Assembly: GCA_046726415.1 (NCBI GenBank) | Contig: JBKPAK010000214.1 | Coordinates: forward strand, 1 to 53,212 | Length of the DNA: 53,212 bases | Direction: 5' to 3' | Source: Candidatus Methylomirabilota bacterium | GTDB lineage: Bacteria > Methylomirabilota > Methylomirabilia > Rokubacteriales > CSP1-6 | Shown here: positions 39,572-49,463 of the stretch, one piece after another | Layout: every line of letters begins with the position of its first letter | How positions within the stretch are numbered: position 1 is the first letter of the stretch | Program-made: the position numbers and the translations under genes | Notes under the pieces: generated by a model | The model's database searches: none | What the model was told of the DNA's origin: nothing | Seen by the model: only the letters and a program-made list of their open reading frames with translations

Positions 39572-40180
39572 ATGCCCGATACGGTTCTGGTTCCGCCCGA
39601 CCACACGGCTCCGGTTGCCTTCACCCGGGCCCAGCTCGATTGGCTGCCCTGGCTCGAACCGCTGGCGGTCGATGCAATGACCGACCGCCACCGGGCGAGT
39701 CTCGTGGACGCCGCGCGGGTGAAGTCGGCGTATTTCCGCCTCCTCGCCCGCGATCCGGACGCGCTCGAGGCCAGGACGCGAACCGACAAGGACATCTTCT
39801 ACAACCCCGATGCCGGTCTCCCGCGAGCGGAGCGCGAGCTCGCCGCCACCGCCACCTCTCGCTTGAATGGATGCCTCTACTGCGCCTCCGTCCATTCGCG
39901 ACACGCCGCGACCTATTCGAAGCGAGAGGCAGATGTTCAGCGTCTGCTCGACGACGGCGTGACCGCCGATCTCGGAGAACGCTGGAACGCCATCGTCGCG
40001 GCCTCGGTTGCGCTCACCACCACGCCGATCGCGTTTGGGCCGGAGCACGTGGATCGCTTGCGTCGTTCAGGGCTCGACGATCTGGCGATCGCCGATGTCA
40101 TCCATGCGGCGGCGTTCTTCAACTGGGCCAATCGGCTGATGCTGTCGCTCGGTGGGCCGGCGGCCGCGCCCGAGGCCTAG
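39572..40180 (+). CDS. AhpD-like alkylhydroperoxidase domain protein
   Basis: ERELAA...SRLNGCLYCASVH, AFFNWANRLML. Confidence 0.9.
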   Translation: MPDTVLVPPDHTAPVAFTRAQLDWLPWLEPLAVDAMTDRHRASLVDAARVKSAYFRLLARDPDALEARTRTDKDIFYNPDAGLPRAERELAATATSRLNGCLYCASVHSRHAATYSKREADVQRLLDDGVTADLGERWNAIVAASVALTTTPIAFGPEHVDRLRRSGLDDLAIADVIHAAAFFNWANRLMLSLGGPAAAPEA

Positions 40181-40204
40181 GACGGCGAGAGCTGCACCGC
40201 CACG

Positions 40205-40440
40205 CAACGCGCGTCCGGCCGAGGAGCGTCATGGTCGGGAATCCATGCTCAAGGCCTTTTCCGTCGGGTGCGCCGGACCAGGGTCGCGACGATGTCGCTG
40301 GTGGCGCTCCCCGCGCTCGCGAATCCCATCCCGGTCACTCCGACATCGGTGTGGACCTCGACGATCTGGATGCCCCCCGGATCGGTCCGGGGCTCGCGCG
40401 CCCCGCTGTACCGCTTGACCGTCACGTCCGTGATCTTCAC
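40205..40440 (-). pseudogene. Mandelate racemase/enolase-superfamily remnant
   Basis: MKITDV...IVEVHTDVGVTGMG N-terminus with RBS GAGGAG, cut after about 57 codons, then a degraded possible C-terminal piece (HPTEK..LSMD). Confidence 0.68.
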
Positions 40441-40491
40441 GCTAGCTCCTCTCCCTTTCGCCGACGAACGGCGGGCGATGGCGGCCCGTAA

Positions 40492-41580
40492 TCACAGCAC
40501 CACCACGCTGCGCAGAACCTCGCCGCGCTCCATCCGGTGGAACGCCTCTTCGACGTCACCGAGGCCGATGGTCTCGGTGACGAAGTCCTGCAGCGGCAGC
40601 CGACCCTGCAGGTGGAGATCGACCAGCATCGGGAAGTCTCGGCTCGGTAGGCAGTCGCCGTACCAGCTCGGCTTGAGGGCGCCGCCACGTCCGAAGAACT
40701 CGATCATCGGGATGTCGGGGAACTTCATGCTCGGCGTGGGCACGCCCACTTGCACGACCGTGCCGGCGAAATCGCGCGCGAAGAAGGCCTGACGGAGAAC
40801 CTCGGGGTGGCCCACCGCCTCGATGCAGACGTCTGCGCCGTAGCCGTTGGTGGCCGCGCGGATCGCCGCCACGGGTTCGGTCCTCTTGGCATTGACCGTG
40901 TGGGTCGCGCCGAATCCCTTCGCCCACGCGAGCTTGCGGTCGTCGAGATCGACGGCCACGATCGTCGTGGCGCCCGCCAACCGCGCACCGGCGATGGCTC
41001 CGCTGCCGACACCGCCGCACCCGAACACGGCCACGCTCGATCCGCGCTGCACATCCCCGGTGAGCATCGCCGCACCGAGGCCCGCCATCACCCCACAGCC
41101 GAGCAGGCCGGCAACTTCCGGCTTCACCGCGGGATTCACCGGCGTGCACTGCCCGGCCGCCACCAGGCTCTTCTCGGCGAACGCCCCGATGCCGAGGGCG
41201 GCCGACAGCGGAGTGCCATCGGGCAGGGTCATCTTCTGGGTCGCATTGAACGTGCTGAAGCAGAGGTTGGGCTTGCCCCGCAAACACGAACGGCAGGTGC
41301 CGCACACCGCTCGCCAGTTGAGCACCACGAAGTCGCCCGGCTTCACGCCGGTTACATCCGGCCCGACGGCCTCAACCATTCCCGCGGCCTCATGACCGAG
41401 CAGGAACGGGAAGGCGTCGTCGATGCCTCCCTCGCGGTAGTGGAGATCGGTGTGACACACACCGCAGGCCTGCACCCGCACCAACGCCTCTCCCGGGCCG
41501 GGATCGGGCACCAGGATCGGTGTCAGCTGGACCGGCTGCCCCTTGCCCTTCGCGACGACGCCCCGAACGGAATGTGCCAT
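40492..41580 (-). CDS. Zn-dependent dehydrogenase, S-(hydroxymethyl)mycothiol dehydrogenase (MscR)-like
   Basis: [56 protein letters not shown]. Confidence 0.88.
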   Translation of the reverse strand: MAHSVRGVVAKGKGQPVQLTPILVPDPGPGEALVRVQACGVCHTDLHYREGGIDDAFPFLLGHEAAGMVEAVGPDVTGVKPGDFVVLNWRAVCGTCRSCLRGKPNLCFSTFNATQKMTLPDGTPLSAALGIGAFAEKSLVAAGQCTPVNPAVKPEVAGLLGCGVMAGLGAAMLTGDVQRGSSVAVFGCGGVGSGAIAGARLAGATTIVAVDLDDRKLAWAKGFGATHTVNAKRTEPVAAIRAATNGYGADVCIEAVGHPEVLRQAFFARDFAGTVVQVGVPTPSMKFPDIPMIEFFGRGGALKPSWYGDCLPSRDFPMLVDLHLQGRLPLQDFVTETIGLGDVEEAFHRMERGEVLRSVVVL

Positions 41581-41752
41581 CGAAGCCTCCCTTGCTCGAC
41601 CGGATGGCGCGAGACGACCGGCACCGAAGCTCTCGGCGAACTGATGAGATGTGATGCTACCATCGCGTCCGGTCAAGGAGGCGTCGAGGGCCGCGATCCG
41701 ACGGCGCCGCCGCGGCACACGATCATATCGAGGTCGAAGGGGAGATACGCAG

Positions 41753-42316
41753 ATGAGCGATACGCCAACGTTCGGACGCTACGCCGAAATCCACGTCGAC
41801 CAGATGACGCCGGAACAGCGGGCAGGATACCGCTTTCTGGTCGATGGCCCGCGCGGGCGGCTCCCCGGACCCTACAAGGTCTGGGTCCACAATCCGAAGC
41901 TGGTGCACGCGGCCGCGCCGCTCGGGCAGCACTTCACACCGGGTCAGTCGTCGCTGTCGGAGCGCGAGCGCGAGATCGCGGTCATCGTCATCACCAGCCG
42001 ATGGCATTCGGCCTACCCCGCCGCCGCGCACGAGAAGCGAGGCAAGGAGGTCGGCCTGCCGGCCGCTGCGGTGGAAGCGATCATGGCCCGGCTTCCGGCC
42101 TCTTTCCCCGACGCGCGGGAGCAGGCGGTCTACGAGGTGGCGATGTCGCTCGCCGGCGGCGAACTGGTTTCTCAGGGCCTGTATGACCGCGCGGTCAAGG
42201 TGCTCGGGCACGAGAGCATTACCGACATGATCGTCCTGATGGGGTACTACACGGCCGTCTCGCTGACGATGAACTTCTACGCCGTGCCGGCCGGAAGTCC
42301 CGGCCTGGCGCGCTGA
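41753..42316 (+). CDS. Carboxymuconolactone decarboxylase-family protein
   Basis: [27 protein letters not shown]. Confidence 0.85.
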   Translation: MSDTPTFGRYAEIHVDQMTPEQRAGYRFLVDGPRGRLPGPYKVWVHNPKLVHAAAPLGQHFTPGQSSLSEREREIAVIVITSRWHSAYPAAAHEKRGKEVGLPAAAVEAIMARLPASFPDAREQAVYEVAMSLAGGELVSQGLYDRAVKVLGHESITDMIVLMGYYTAVSLTMNFYAVPAGSPGLAR

Positions 42317-42329
42317 CCAGGTGGAGGAC

Positions 42330-42573
42330 CGCATGGCTACACCGCGGATCACCCCGGGGGCATGACACCGGAGGCGAGCAAGGCGTACATGGCCGCCCTG
42401 CTCGACCGCATGATCCGGCCGGAGATCGTGTATCACCATGTCTGGCGCAAGGCGACGTGCTGATCATCGACGACCGCGCCACCATGCATCGGGCGCACGG
42501 CGACTACAATCGAAGCGAGAGCCGTGTCCTGTAGCGCATCATCGTCGAAGGCGATCGTCCGCGGCTCGTTTGA
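42330..42573 (+). pseudogene. C-terminal remnant of a TauD-family dioxygenase
   Basis: IVYHHVWRK, frameshift, DVLIIDDRATMHRA...RVL*RIIVEGDRP; TAG at 42532-42534. Confidence 0.75.
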
Positions 42574-42601
42574 GCGACGATCAGGCGTCGCCGCTCCTGG
42601 G

Positions 42602-43072
42602 CTATTGCGCCGGGGGAATGCCGGTCGACTGCCACGACACGAACTCGACCCCCGACGGCCGTTTCGCCCAGATAGCGGTGAAGCGAAGCGGCACGGAGCG
42701 ATCCTGGCCACGCGACGTCACCTCGTACACGGCAGTGCCGGTGATGATCGCGATACAGCCATAGGTGCGCGTCTTCACGTCGCTGTTCGGCGTCATCTTG
42801 CGGTACTTCGTGCGCCCCGAGCGCATGCCGTCGATGTATTTCTGCTTGTCGTCGGTCGCCGCCGACGAGTGGTTATACGTGAGGTCGTTCCCGAACATCT
42901 TCTCCATGGCTGCGAAGTCGTTGGTGGTCTGCGCGGCGTAGCGCGCAGTCTCAGCGGCCATCGCCTCCTCGGCGGTGATGGTCCCAGTGCAGTCCTGAGC
43001 CGAGGCGGTGCCGGCCGCGACGAATCCCAGCATGGCGGACAGGGTGAACAGTCGCAGGACGCTGTGGGCCAT
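42602..43072 (-). CDS. Secreted NTF2-like (DUF4440) protein
   Basis: Signal peptide, DLTYNHSS, RFTAIW, SWQS. Confidence 0.85.
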   Translation of the reverse strand: MAHSVLRLFTLSAMLGFVAAGTASAQDCTGTITAEEAMAAETARYAAQTTNDFAAMEKMFGNDLTYNHSSAATDDKQKYIDGMRSGRTKYRKMTPNSDVKTRTYGCIAIITGTAVYEVTSRGQDRSVPLRFTAIWAKRPSGVEFVSWQSTGIPPAQ

Positions 43073-43273
43073 CGCACTCTCCTCTCGGCGGCCCGGGCAG
43101 GGGCCGCCACTGCCTGCGAGGCCTCCTGTACAACGGGGTCGAATCAGGGGTCAAGCGGGAAATTTCCGGTCACGCGGTTCGCCGCTGACCTCACACTTGA
43201 AGACAGCCAGGATATGGGCTACAGAGGCGATACTCGACGAGACTCACCACCGCGCTGCTGAAAGGGCACCAGA

Positions 43274-44008
43274 ATGCCAAGCATTGAGCACCAGGGCGCG
43301 TCCATCTACTACGAGGAGTTCGGCTGGGGGTTCCCCATCCTCACGTTCGCGCCGGCGGGCCTGCAGTCGGTCATTGACGTCTGGAGCCGTCCCGCCGCTC
43401 CCGTGAACCCGATCACCGAGTTCGCCGCACATTTCCGGGTGATCGCGATGGATCAACGCAACGCTGGTGGCCGGTCCCGCGCTCCCATCACCGCGCAGGA
43501 CGGCTGGCACACCTACACGGCCGACCACATCGCCGTGCTCGATCACCTGGGCATCGACCGCTGCCACCTGTACGGACAGTGCATCGGTGGCTCCTTCATT
43601 CTGAACCTTCTCAAGGCCCAACCCCAGCGCATCGGGTGCGCCGTGCTCGCGCAGCCCATCGGGCGGGTGGGAGCGATGGCCCCCGGTCGCTCCGCCAGGT
43701 TCGACGCGTGGGCCGAGACCCTCCAGGACCACCCGGAGGCCTCCAAGCCGGTGCTGGATGCGTTCCACCAGAACCTGTATGGTCCTGGCTTTGTCTACAG
43801 CGTGGACCGCGCGTTCGTGTCGAGTTGTCCGACGCCGTGCCTGGTCCTGGCTGGCAACGACGAAGCGCATCCCTTCGCGATTTCCGAGGAGGTCGCGAAG
43901 CTGCTCCCCAACTGCGAGTTCATCCCCGAGTGGAAGCAAGGCGCGGCCCTGGCGGCAGCGAAGGTACGCATCAAGGAGTTCCTCGGGAAGCATACGCCCA
44001 CGTCCTGA
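43274..44008 (+). CDS. Alpha/beta hydrolase with Cys at the nucleophile elbow
   Basis: IYYEEFG, VIAMDQRNAG, GQCIGG, LVLAGND. Confidence 0.88.
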   Translation: MPSIEHQGASIYYEEFGWGFPILTFAPAGLQSVIDVWSRPAAPVNPITEFAAHFRVIAMDQRNAGGRSRAPITAQDGWHTYTADHIAVLDHLGIDRCHLYGQCIGGSFILNLLKAQPQRIGCAVLAQPIGRVGAMAPGRSARFDAWAETLQDHPEASKPVLDAFHQNLYGPGFVYSVDRAFVSSCPTPCLVLAGNDEAHPFAISEEVAKLLPNCEFIPEWKQGAALAAAKVRIKEFLGKHTPTS

Positions 44009-44059
44009 TCCTCCTCAGGGTCGTCGGGACGCGATGGCGAGCGCCCTCGGCGCGCAGGC

Positions 44060-44580
44060 TCACTTCGCCTTGAGGCGCACCTCCTCGAGCGGCGCCGACC
44101 ATGGGTAGGGGTTGATCAGCATCAGCGCGGGCTCCGCCACGCGCGGCCCCACCCCGCTAGGCCAGATGTAGTCCCAGATGGTCGCGAACCTCACCCGCTC
44201 GTGGAGGAGCTGCTGGATCTGGTGCAGCAGCGCCTCGCGCTTGCGGCGATCGGTCACCAGGGCCTGCTCGGCGTAGAGAGCGTCGATGTCGGGATAGCCG
44301 CCATAGGCGTAGGCGCCGGCGCTCGGCACGAGCTCCGACATCCGGGAAGCGGCGTTGCCGTACAGCGCGGTGGCGCAGACGCAGACCCCGCGCAGCTTCT
44401 TGGCCAGCAGCGCCGAGGTGTAGGCCGCGCGCTCCATCAGCCGCATCTTCAGCCTGATCCCCACGCCTCCGAGATACCCATGATCGTCTCGCCCATGGAG
44501 AAATAGGGGGAAAGCTGGTGCAGCTCTCCGGCATCGAAGCCATTGGGGTGGCCAGAGCAGGCCGGCCGCGGCCAACGTGG
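44060..44580 (-). pseudogene. C-terminal remnant of a family-5 ABC substrate-binding protein
   Basis: HPNGFDAGEL...YFSMGETI, frameshift, YLGGVGIRLKMRLMERAA...YGGYPDID...GVGPRVAEP...SAPLEEVRLK*; no N-terminal part. Confidence 0.82.
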
Positions 44581-44607
44581 ACCACCGGGCACCGCTCCGT
44601 GTGGAGT

Positions 44608-45555
44608 TCATGCTCTTTCCCTCCGTCCCGTCGCACTGTCCATTCCGTCGCACCGGGGAGCGCTCTCGGGAAAAATCGGCGTGCCGTCGCGGCCGCTCTC
44701 TCGGAGGGCCCAGTACAAACCGTGTATCCGTTGGCTGATGCGACCTGGTTTGCCGTCACCGATCGGACGTCCGTCGATTTCGACCAGAGGCATGATCCCG
44801 CCCGCGGTGCTGGTCAGGAAGACCTCGTCGGCGGCGTACAGATCGTAGGCCGTGAGCCGAGCCTCGCGCGCCGGCAGCTGATGCTCCGCGGCCAGCTCGA
44901 GCACGGTCTGCCGTGTGATCCCCATGAGGATGCCCTCGGGCGGGGAGAACAGCTGGCCCCCCCGAACCGCGAAGACGTTGAAGCCCGGACCCTCGGTGAC
45001 GTGCCCGTCCAGATCGAGCATGATCGACACGTCCATACCGGCCGCCTTACCTTGCAGCATGGCCAGGTCGAAGTGCAGCCGGCTCAGTGACTTGATCTTC
45101 GGATCGAGGCACTGAACGGGCAGTGCACGCGTGCTGGCAATCATGGCCCGGCCGCCGTCTCGAATCCGGTCGGGGTTGAGGATGTAGACGTAGGGGACGG
45201 CGAACACGATCAGCCCCGGCCGACACTGCGTGAGATCCCGCACCCCGAGCGGCGGCTCGCCGCGGGTCACGATGGTCTGGATGTAAGCGTTCCGCAGGCC
45301 GCAGCGCCGCGCCGTCTCGAGGATCACGCCGCGCAGATCCTCCTGCGGCAGGGGGCATGGGATGCGGGCCGCGCGCAAGGACAGGTCGAGGCGCTCCAGG
45401 TGCGCGGAGAGCTTGAAGATGCGGCCGTTCCAGGCCGAGGTCGTGTCGAAGACCGCATCGCCGCGGAGGAACCCGAAATCGAAGATCGAGATCTTCGCGT
45501 GGTCCTTCGGAACGTATTCGCCGTTGACGTAGACGACGAGCCACTCGTTACCCAT
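44608..45555 (-). CDS. Aminotransferase class IV (PLP fold type IV)
   Basis: DFGFLRGDAVFDT, HLERL, DPKIKS, VTEGPGFN, GILMGITR, EVFLTSTAGG. Confidence 0.93.
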   Translation of the reverse strand: MGNEWLVVYVNGEYVPKDHAKISIFDFGFLRGDAVFDTTSAWNGRIFKLSAHLERLDLSLRAARIPCPLPQEDLRGVILETARRCGLRNAYIQTIVTRGEPPLGVRDLTQCRPGLIVFAVPYVYILNPDRIRDGGRAMIASTRALPVQCLDPKIKSLSRLHFDLAMLQGKAAGMDVSIMLDLDGHVTEGPGFNVFAVRGGQLFSPPEGILMGITRQTVLELAAEHQLPAREARLTAYDLYAADEVFLTSTAGGIMPLVEIDGRPIGDGKPGRISQRIHGLYWALRESGRDGTPIFPESAPRCDGMDSATGRRERA

Positions 45556-45763
45556 CGCGCTTCTCCTCTCCACGGGACGCGTCTTTGGCCGGAGTATGCC
45601 ACGCGGGCGGGGCGGGTTGACCGGCTGCCCGGAATTCAGGCCGCGATGCTGCCCAGCCGCCGGGGCGACCCCCGCCGCCCTCCTCCTCGGTCACGCGGCC
45701 GACCGGGACGGGGACGGACGCCGCGGGCGATGCTACCATCGCATCCGTCAAGGAGGCGTCGAG

Positions 45764-47113
45764 ATGCCCGAGGACACCGCGGTCGAGACCCAGGCCACCG
45801 AGCTCCTCCGCACGCTGATCCGCAACGGCTGCGTCAACACGGGCGAGGCCGCCTCCGGACGCGAAGAGCGCAGTGTCGACGCGCTGGAGGACTTCTTCGC
45901 CGGCTCCGGCCTCCACTGCGAGCGCTACACCTCCTCCCCGGGACGGATGAGCCTCATCACGCGGATCGAGGGCCGCGATCCGAAGGCGCCGGCGCTCCTG
46001 CTCATGGGCCACACCGACGTGGTACCGGTGAATGCCTCCGGCTGGCAGCGCGATCCGTTCGCCGGCGACCTGGTGGACGGCATCGTATGGGGCCGCGGCG
46101 CCATCGACATGCTGAACCTGACCTCGACCATGGCCGTCGCTACGCGGCGGCTGGCCGCGAGCGGCTGGCGCCCGCGCGGCACGCTGATCTACCTGGCGGT
46201 GGCCGACGAGGAAGCGGGCGGGTTTCTGGGCGCCGGTCACCTCGTCGAGCACCACGCGGATGCCGTGCGGTGCGACTACGTCATCACCGAGAGCGGCGGC
46301 GTGCCGATCCCGACGAAGTCCGGCCACACGCTGAAGGTCACGATCGGCGAGAAGGGCGGCAACTGGCGGCGGCTCGTCGTGCACGGCACACCGGGCCATG
46401 GGTCGCGGCCGTTCCGCACCGACAACGCGCTGGTCACCGCCGCCAAGGTCGTCCAGCGTCTCGCCGAATACCGGCCCAAGGCCCGCATCCTGGATGCCTG
46501 GCGCGGGTACGTGGAAGCACTCGAGCTCCCGCCCGGCCTCACTGACGCCCTCACCGATCCCGACCGGGTGTGGGAGACGGCGCGCGACCTGGACAATCTC
46601 GCGCTGGCCCGCGAGGCCCATGCCTGCACGCACACGACGTTCTCCCCCAACATCGCCCACGGCGGCACCAAGGTGAACGTGATCCCCGACCGCGTGGACA
46701 TCGACGTGGACATCCGCTCGCTGCCGGGCATCGAGCAGCACGAGGTGGAGGCGATGATCGTGGAAGCGCTGGGCAACCTGGCCGACTGCGTGACGATCGC
46801 GCCGCCGCCGGCCGTCAGGCGCGGCGGCAGCGTGTCGCCAACCGACACGCCGCTGATGGCGGCGATCTCGCGCGTCGCCACTCGGCTCATGCCCGACAGC
46901 CGCGTCGTGCCCGCCATCACCACCGGGGGGACCGACGCCAAGTTCTTCCGCTGGAAGGGCATCCCGTCCTACGGGTTCGGCCTGCACTCCACGCGCATCC
47001 CGTACACCGAGTACCCGCTGATGTTCCACGGGCACAACGAGCGCGTCGACACCGAGAGCCTGAAGCTCTCCGCTATCATGTGGGAGGCGCTCTGCCGCGA
47101 CTTCCTGGACTGA
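45764..47113 (+). CDS. M20/M25/M40 family metallo-hydrolase
   Basis: GHTDVV, GRGAIDM, DEEAGG, TE, GGTD, HGHNERV; RBS AAGGAGG. Confidence 0.93.
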   Translation: MPEDTAVETQATELLRTLIRNGCVNTGEAASGREERSVDALEDFFAGSGLHCERYTSSPGRMSLITRIEGRDPKAPALLLMGHTDVVPVNASGWQRDPFAGDLVDGIVWGRGAIDMLNLTSTMAVATRRLAASGWRPRGTLIYLAVADEEAGGFLGAGHLVEHHADAVRCDYVITESGGVPIPTKSGHTLKVTIGEKGGNWRRLVVHGTPGHGSRPFRTDNALVTAAKVVQRLAEYRPKARILDAWRGYVEALELPPGLTDALTDPDRVWETARDLDNLALAREAHACTHTTFSPNIAHGGTKVNVIPDRVDIDVDIRSLPGIEQHEVEAMIVEALGNLADCVTIAPPPAVRRGGSVSPTDTPLMAAISRVATRLMPDSRVVPAITTGGTDAKFFRWKGIPSYGFGLHSTRIPYTEYPLMFHGHNERVDTESLKLSAIMWEALCRDFLD

Positions 47114-47205
47114 TACGCGATCCCGAGCGGTGCCGGCTCGCCCCTGGGCGAGGGTTGAGCGCGGCGACACGATGGGAACAACGAGCGACGGCGAGCCCCC
47201 GACCC

Positions 47206-48501
47206 TCAGGGTTGTGGGAACGCGATGGCGAGCTCCGCCGGCGCGCGCTGGCAGACGTCGAGCGCGGTCATGGCCAACACGCGCGTCACCTTCGCCATCT
47301 CGCTCACGAGGACGCAGGCGTCGTCCTCGTCCGCGCCGCCACGGATGACGCCGGGACCGTAGAGAAGACAGGGAATGCCGGCCTTCCACAGATGACAGGT
47401 GTCATCGGCGCTGTACGAATGGGGCAGGACCGTGCCGATGGCTTTCGGCTCCCGTCCAGTGACCATTCGATAGCTCCTGGCCACCGCCTGCACGATGGGC
47501 GCGTCGATGGGAACGTCGAGCGGATCCATCACCAGTCGCCGCCGGCCTTTGAAGCGGTCTGGCGGCGGGATCTCGATCTCGTAGCGCAATGCTGGATCGC
47601 GCGCGGCGAGCTGGTCGAGGGCGCGACGGATGTCGGCGACGATCGCGTCGACCGTCTGACCCGGCACGAAGTGGACGTCGACCAGGATCGTGCAGAGGTC
47701 GGGCACGTACGGCGGCTCCACCAGCACATAGTCCCGGCCCCGCCCGCCGATGATGCTGCCCACATTGAGCCGGGGGAACGCGGGGAGATCGGGCCGCGGT
47801 GCGTGGCGGAACTGCACGCGGGAGAGCGCGTCGATGACTGCCGTCATGGTGTGGACTGCGTTCACGGTGCCCTCGAGGCGTCCGATGTGCCCCGTCACTC
47901 CATACGTGTGGATCGCCATGTGCACGATGCCGGAGTGCACCGTCACCAGGTTGTCCGCGCCGAAGGGTTCCGCCACCACCGCGGCATCGGTTCGGAGACC
48001 GCCTTCCATCAGGTAGTGCGTGCCCTCGCCGCCTTGCGTCTCGCCGGCGACGCAGGCGATGACGAGATCACCCGCGAGCCGCACGCCCGATCGGCGAATG
48101 GCCTCGGCGGTCATGATGATGCTGGCCAAGCCCCCCTTCATGTTCTGGACGCCGTGGCCGTACAGCCGGTCACCCTCGAGGGTGGGCGTCCAGGGATCGC
48201 GCGTCCAGCGCATGGTGAGGGCGTTGATGTCGGTGTGACCGTTCAGCATGAGGCTGGCCCCGCCGCCCGTACCGCGCAGGGTGGCGATGGTCTGGAACCG
48301 GCCGGACTCGATTTCCTGGAGATCGACGCGGTACCCGCGCTGGCGGAAGAACTCGTCGAGGAAAAGCGCGACGGGCGTCTCCTCCGTCTTGAAGCTCGGG
48401 ATGCGGATGAGCGCGCTGGCGAGGTCGACCAGCTCTCGCGGATCGATGTGCCCCAGCACCGCCCGCGCCAGGTCATCCATCGGCGATGCCGCTCGCGACA
48501 T
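47206..48501 (-). CDS. M20 family (ArgE/DapE-like) hydrolase with altered metal-ligand motifs
   Basis: NGHTD, GHGVQNMKGG, GETQGGEG, VVAEP; alternative start at 48480. Confidence 0.85.
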   Translation of the reverse strand: MSRAASPMDDLARAVLGHIDPRELVDLASALIRIPSFKTEETPVALFLDEFFRQRGYRVDLQEIESGRFQTIATLRGTGGGASLMLNGHTDINALTMRWTRDPWTPTLEGDRLYGHGVQNMKGGLASIIMTAEAIRRSGVRLAGDLVIACVAGETQGGEGTHYLMEGGLRTDAAVVAEPFGADNLVTVHSGIVHMAIHTYGVTGHIGRLEGTVNAVHTMTAVIDALSRVQFRHAPRPDLPAFPRLNVGSIIGGRGRDYVLVEPPYVPDLCTILVDVHFVPGQTVDAIVADIRRALDQLAARDPALRYEIEIPPPDRFKGRRRLVMDPLDVPIDAPIVQAVARSYRMVTGREPKAIGTVLPHSYSADDTCHLWKAGIPCLLYGPGVIRGGADEDDACVLVSEMAKVTRVLAMTALDVCQRAPAELAIAFPQP

Positions 48502-48725
48502 GGCGCGAATCCTATCATGGCGTCGCCGACCCAGCGTGGTGCGGTGCGCGCCATAACCCCGTACCGCCGCTGAGGTCGCCGTCTGCGGCGTTGGATTTCC
48601 CGGGCTCCGGGGTATGCTCACGATGTTGTCGCCCCACTCGGGCGGTTCACGTGCACCATGCGCCATGACCGTACGGCCGCGGCCGGGGACTCGCCTCTCA
48701 TCGCCCGATCGGCCGGAGGGATTTG

Positions 48726-49463
48726 ATGGAGACAAGAGTCGACGAGATCGCCGAGCGGATTTACCGGCTCTCGACCTTTCTGCCCCGCCTGGGCCCGAGC
48801 GGATTCACATTCAATCAGTTCCTGGTCGACGCGGAGGAACCCCTGCTCTTCCATTGCGGCCAGCGGGCCTTATTCCCAGCCGTCTCCCAAGCAGCGACGC
48901 GGATCATGGATCCGCGCCGGCTGCGCTGGATCGCCTTCAGCCACATCGAGGCCGACGAGTGCGGCTCGCTCGGTGAGTGGCTCGACGCCGCCCCGGGCGC
49001 CACCGTCACCCACGGCGCCATCGGATGCGCCATCTGGCTCAACGATCAAGCGCCACGTCCCCCGCGCGCCCTGGCCGACGGCGAGGTCCTGGACCTGGGC
49101 GGCCGCCGAGTGCGGCGCCTCGATACGCCGCACGTGCCACACTGCTGGGATGCGGGGCTTCTCTACGAGGAGACGACTGCCACACTCTTCACCAGCGATC
49201 TCTTCACCCACGTGGGCGATCCGCCCGCCCTCACCCACGGCGACATCATGACCCCGGCCGTGGCCGCCGAGAAGCAGTTCGGCTTCACCGCCGTCACGCC
49301 GGCGACTGGTGCGACCATTCGCCGCTTGGCGAAGCTTCAACCCCGCACCCTGGCCGTGATGCACGGCTCGTCGTTCGCCGGCGACACGGCGGCGGTCCTG
49401 CTTTCTCTGGCCGACTTCTACGACGACCTGTTGCAGAAGGGCGTGACGTCGGGCCGCGCGTGA
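48726..49463 (+). CDS. MBL-fold protein, flavodiiron N-domain/ODP-like
   Basis: FNQFLV, SHIEADECG, TPHVPH, FTSDLF, AVMHG. Confidence 0.87.
   Translation: METRVDEIAERIYRLSTFLPRLGPSGFTFNQFLVDAEEPLLFHCGQRALFPAVSQAATRIMDPRRLRWIAFSHIEADECGSLGEWLDAAPGATVTHGAIGCAIWLNDQAPRPPRALADGEVLDLGGRRVRRLDTPHVPHCWDAGLLYEETTATLFTSDLFTHVGDPPALTHGDIMTPAVAAEKQFGFTAVTPATGATIRRLAKLQPRTLAVMHGSSFAGDTAAVLLSLADFYDDLLQKGVTSGRA

Noticed and set aside
77-48573. Many long antisense or alternate-frame ORFs (e.g. 77..1855, 13273..15111, 16691..18382, 29946..31502, 35038..36765, 45548..47389, 46570..48573)
   Set aside because: They shadow well-supported genes, are Arg/Gly/Pro/Ala-rich with no recognisable motifs, and are expected in high-GC DNA
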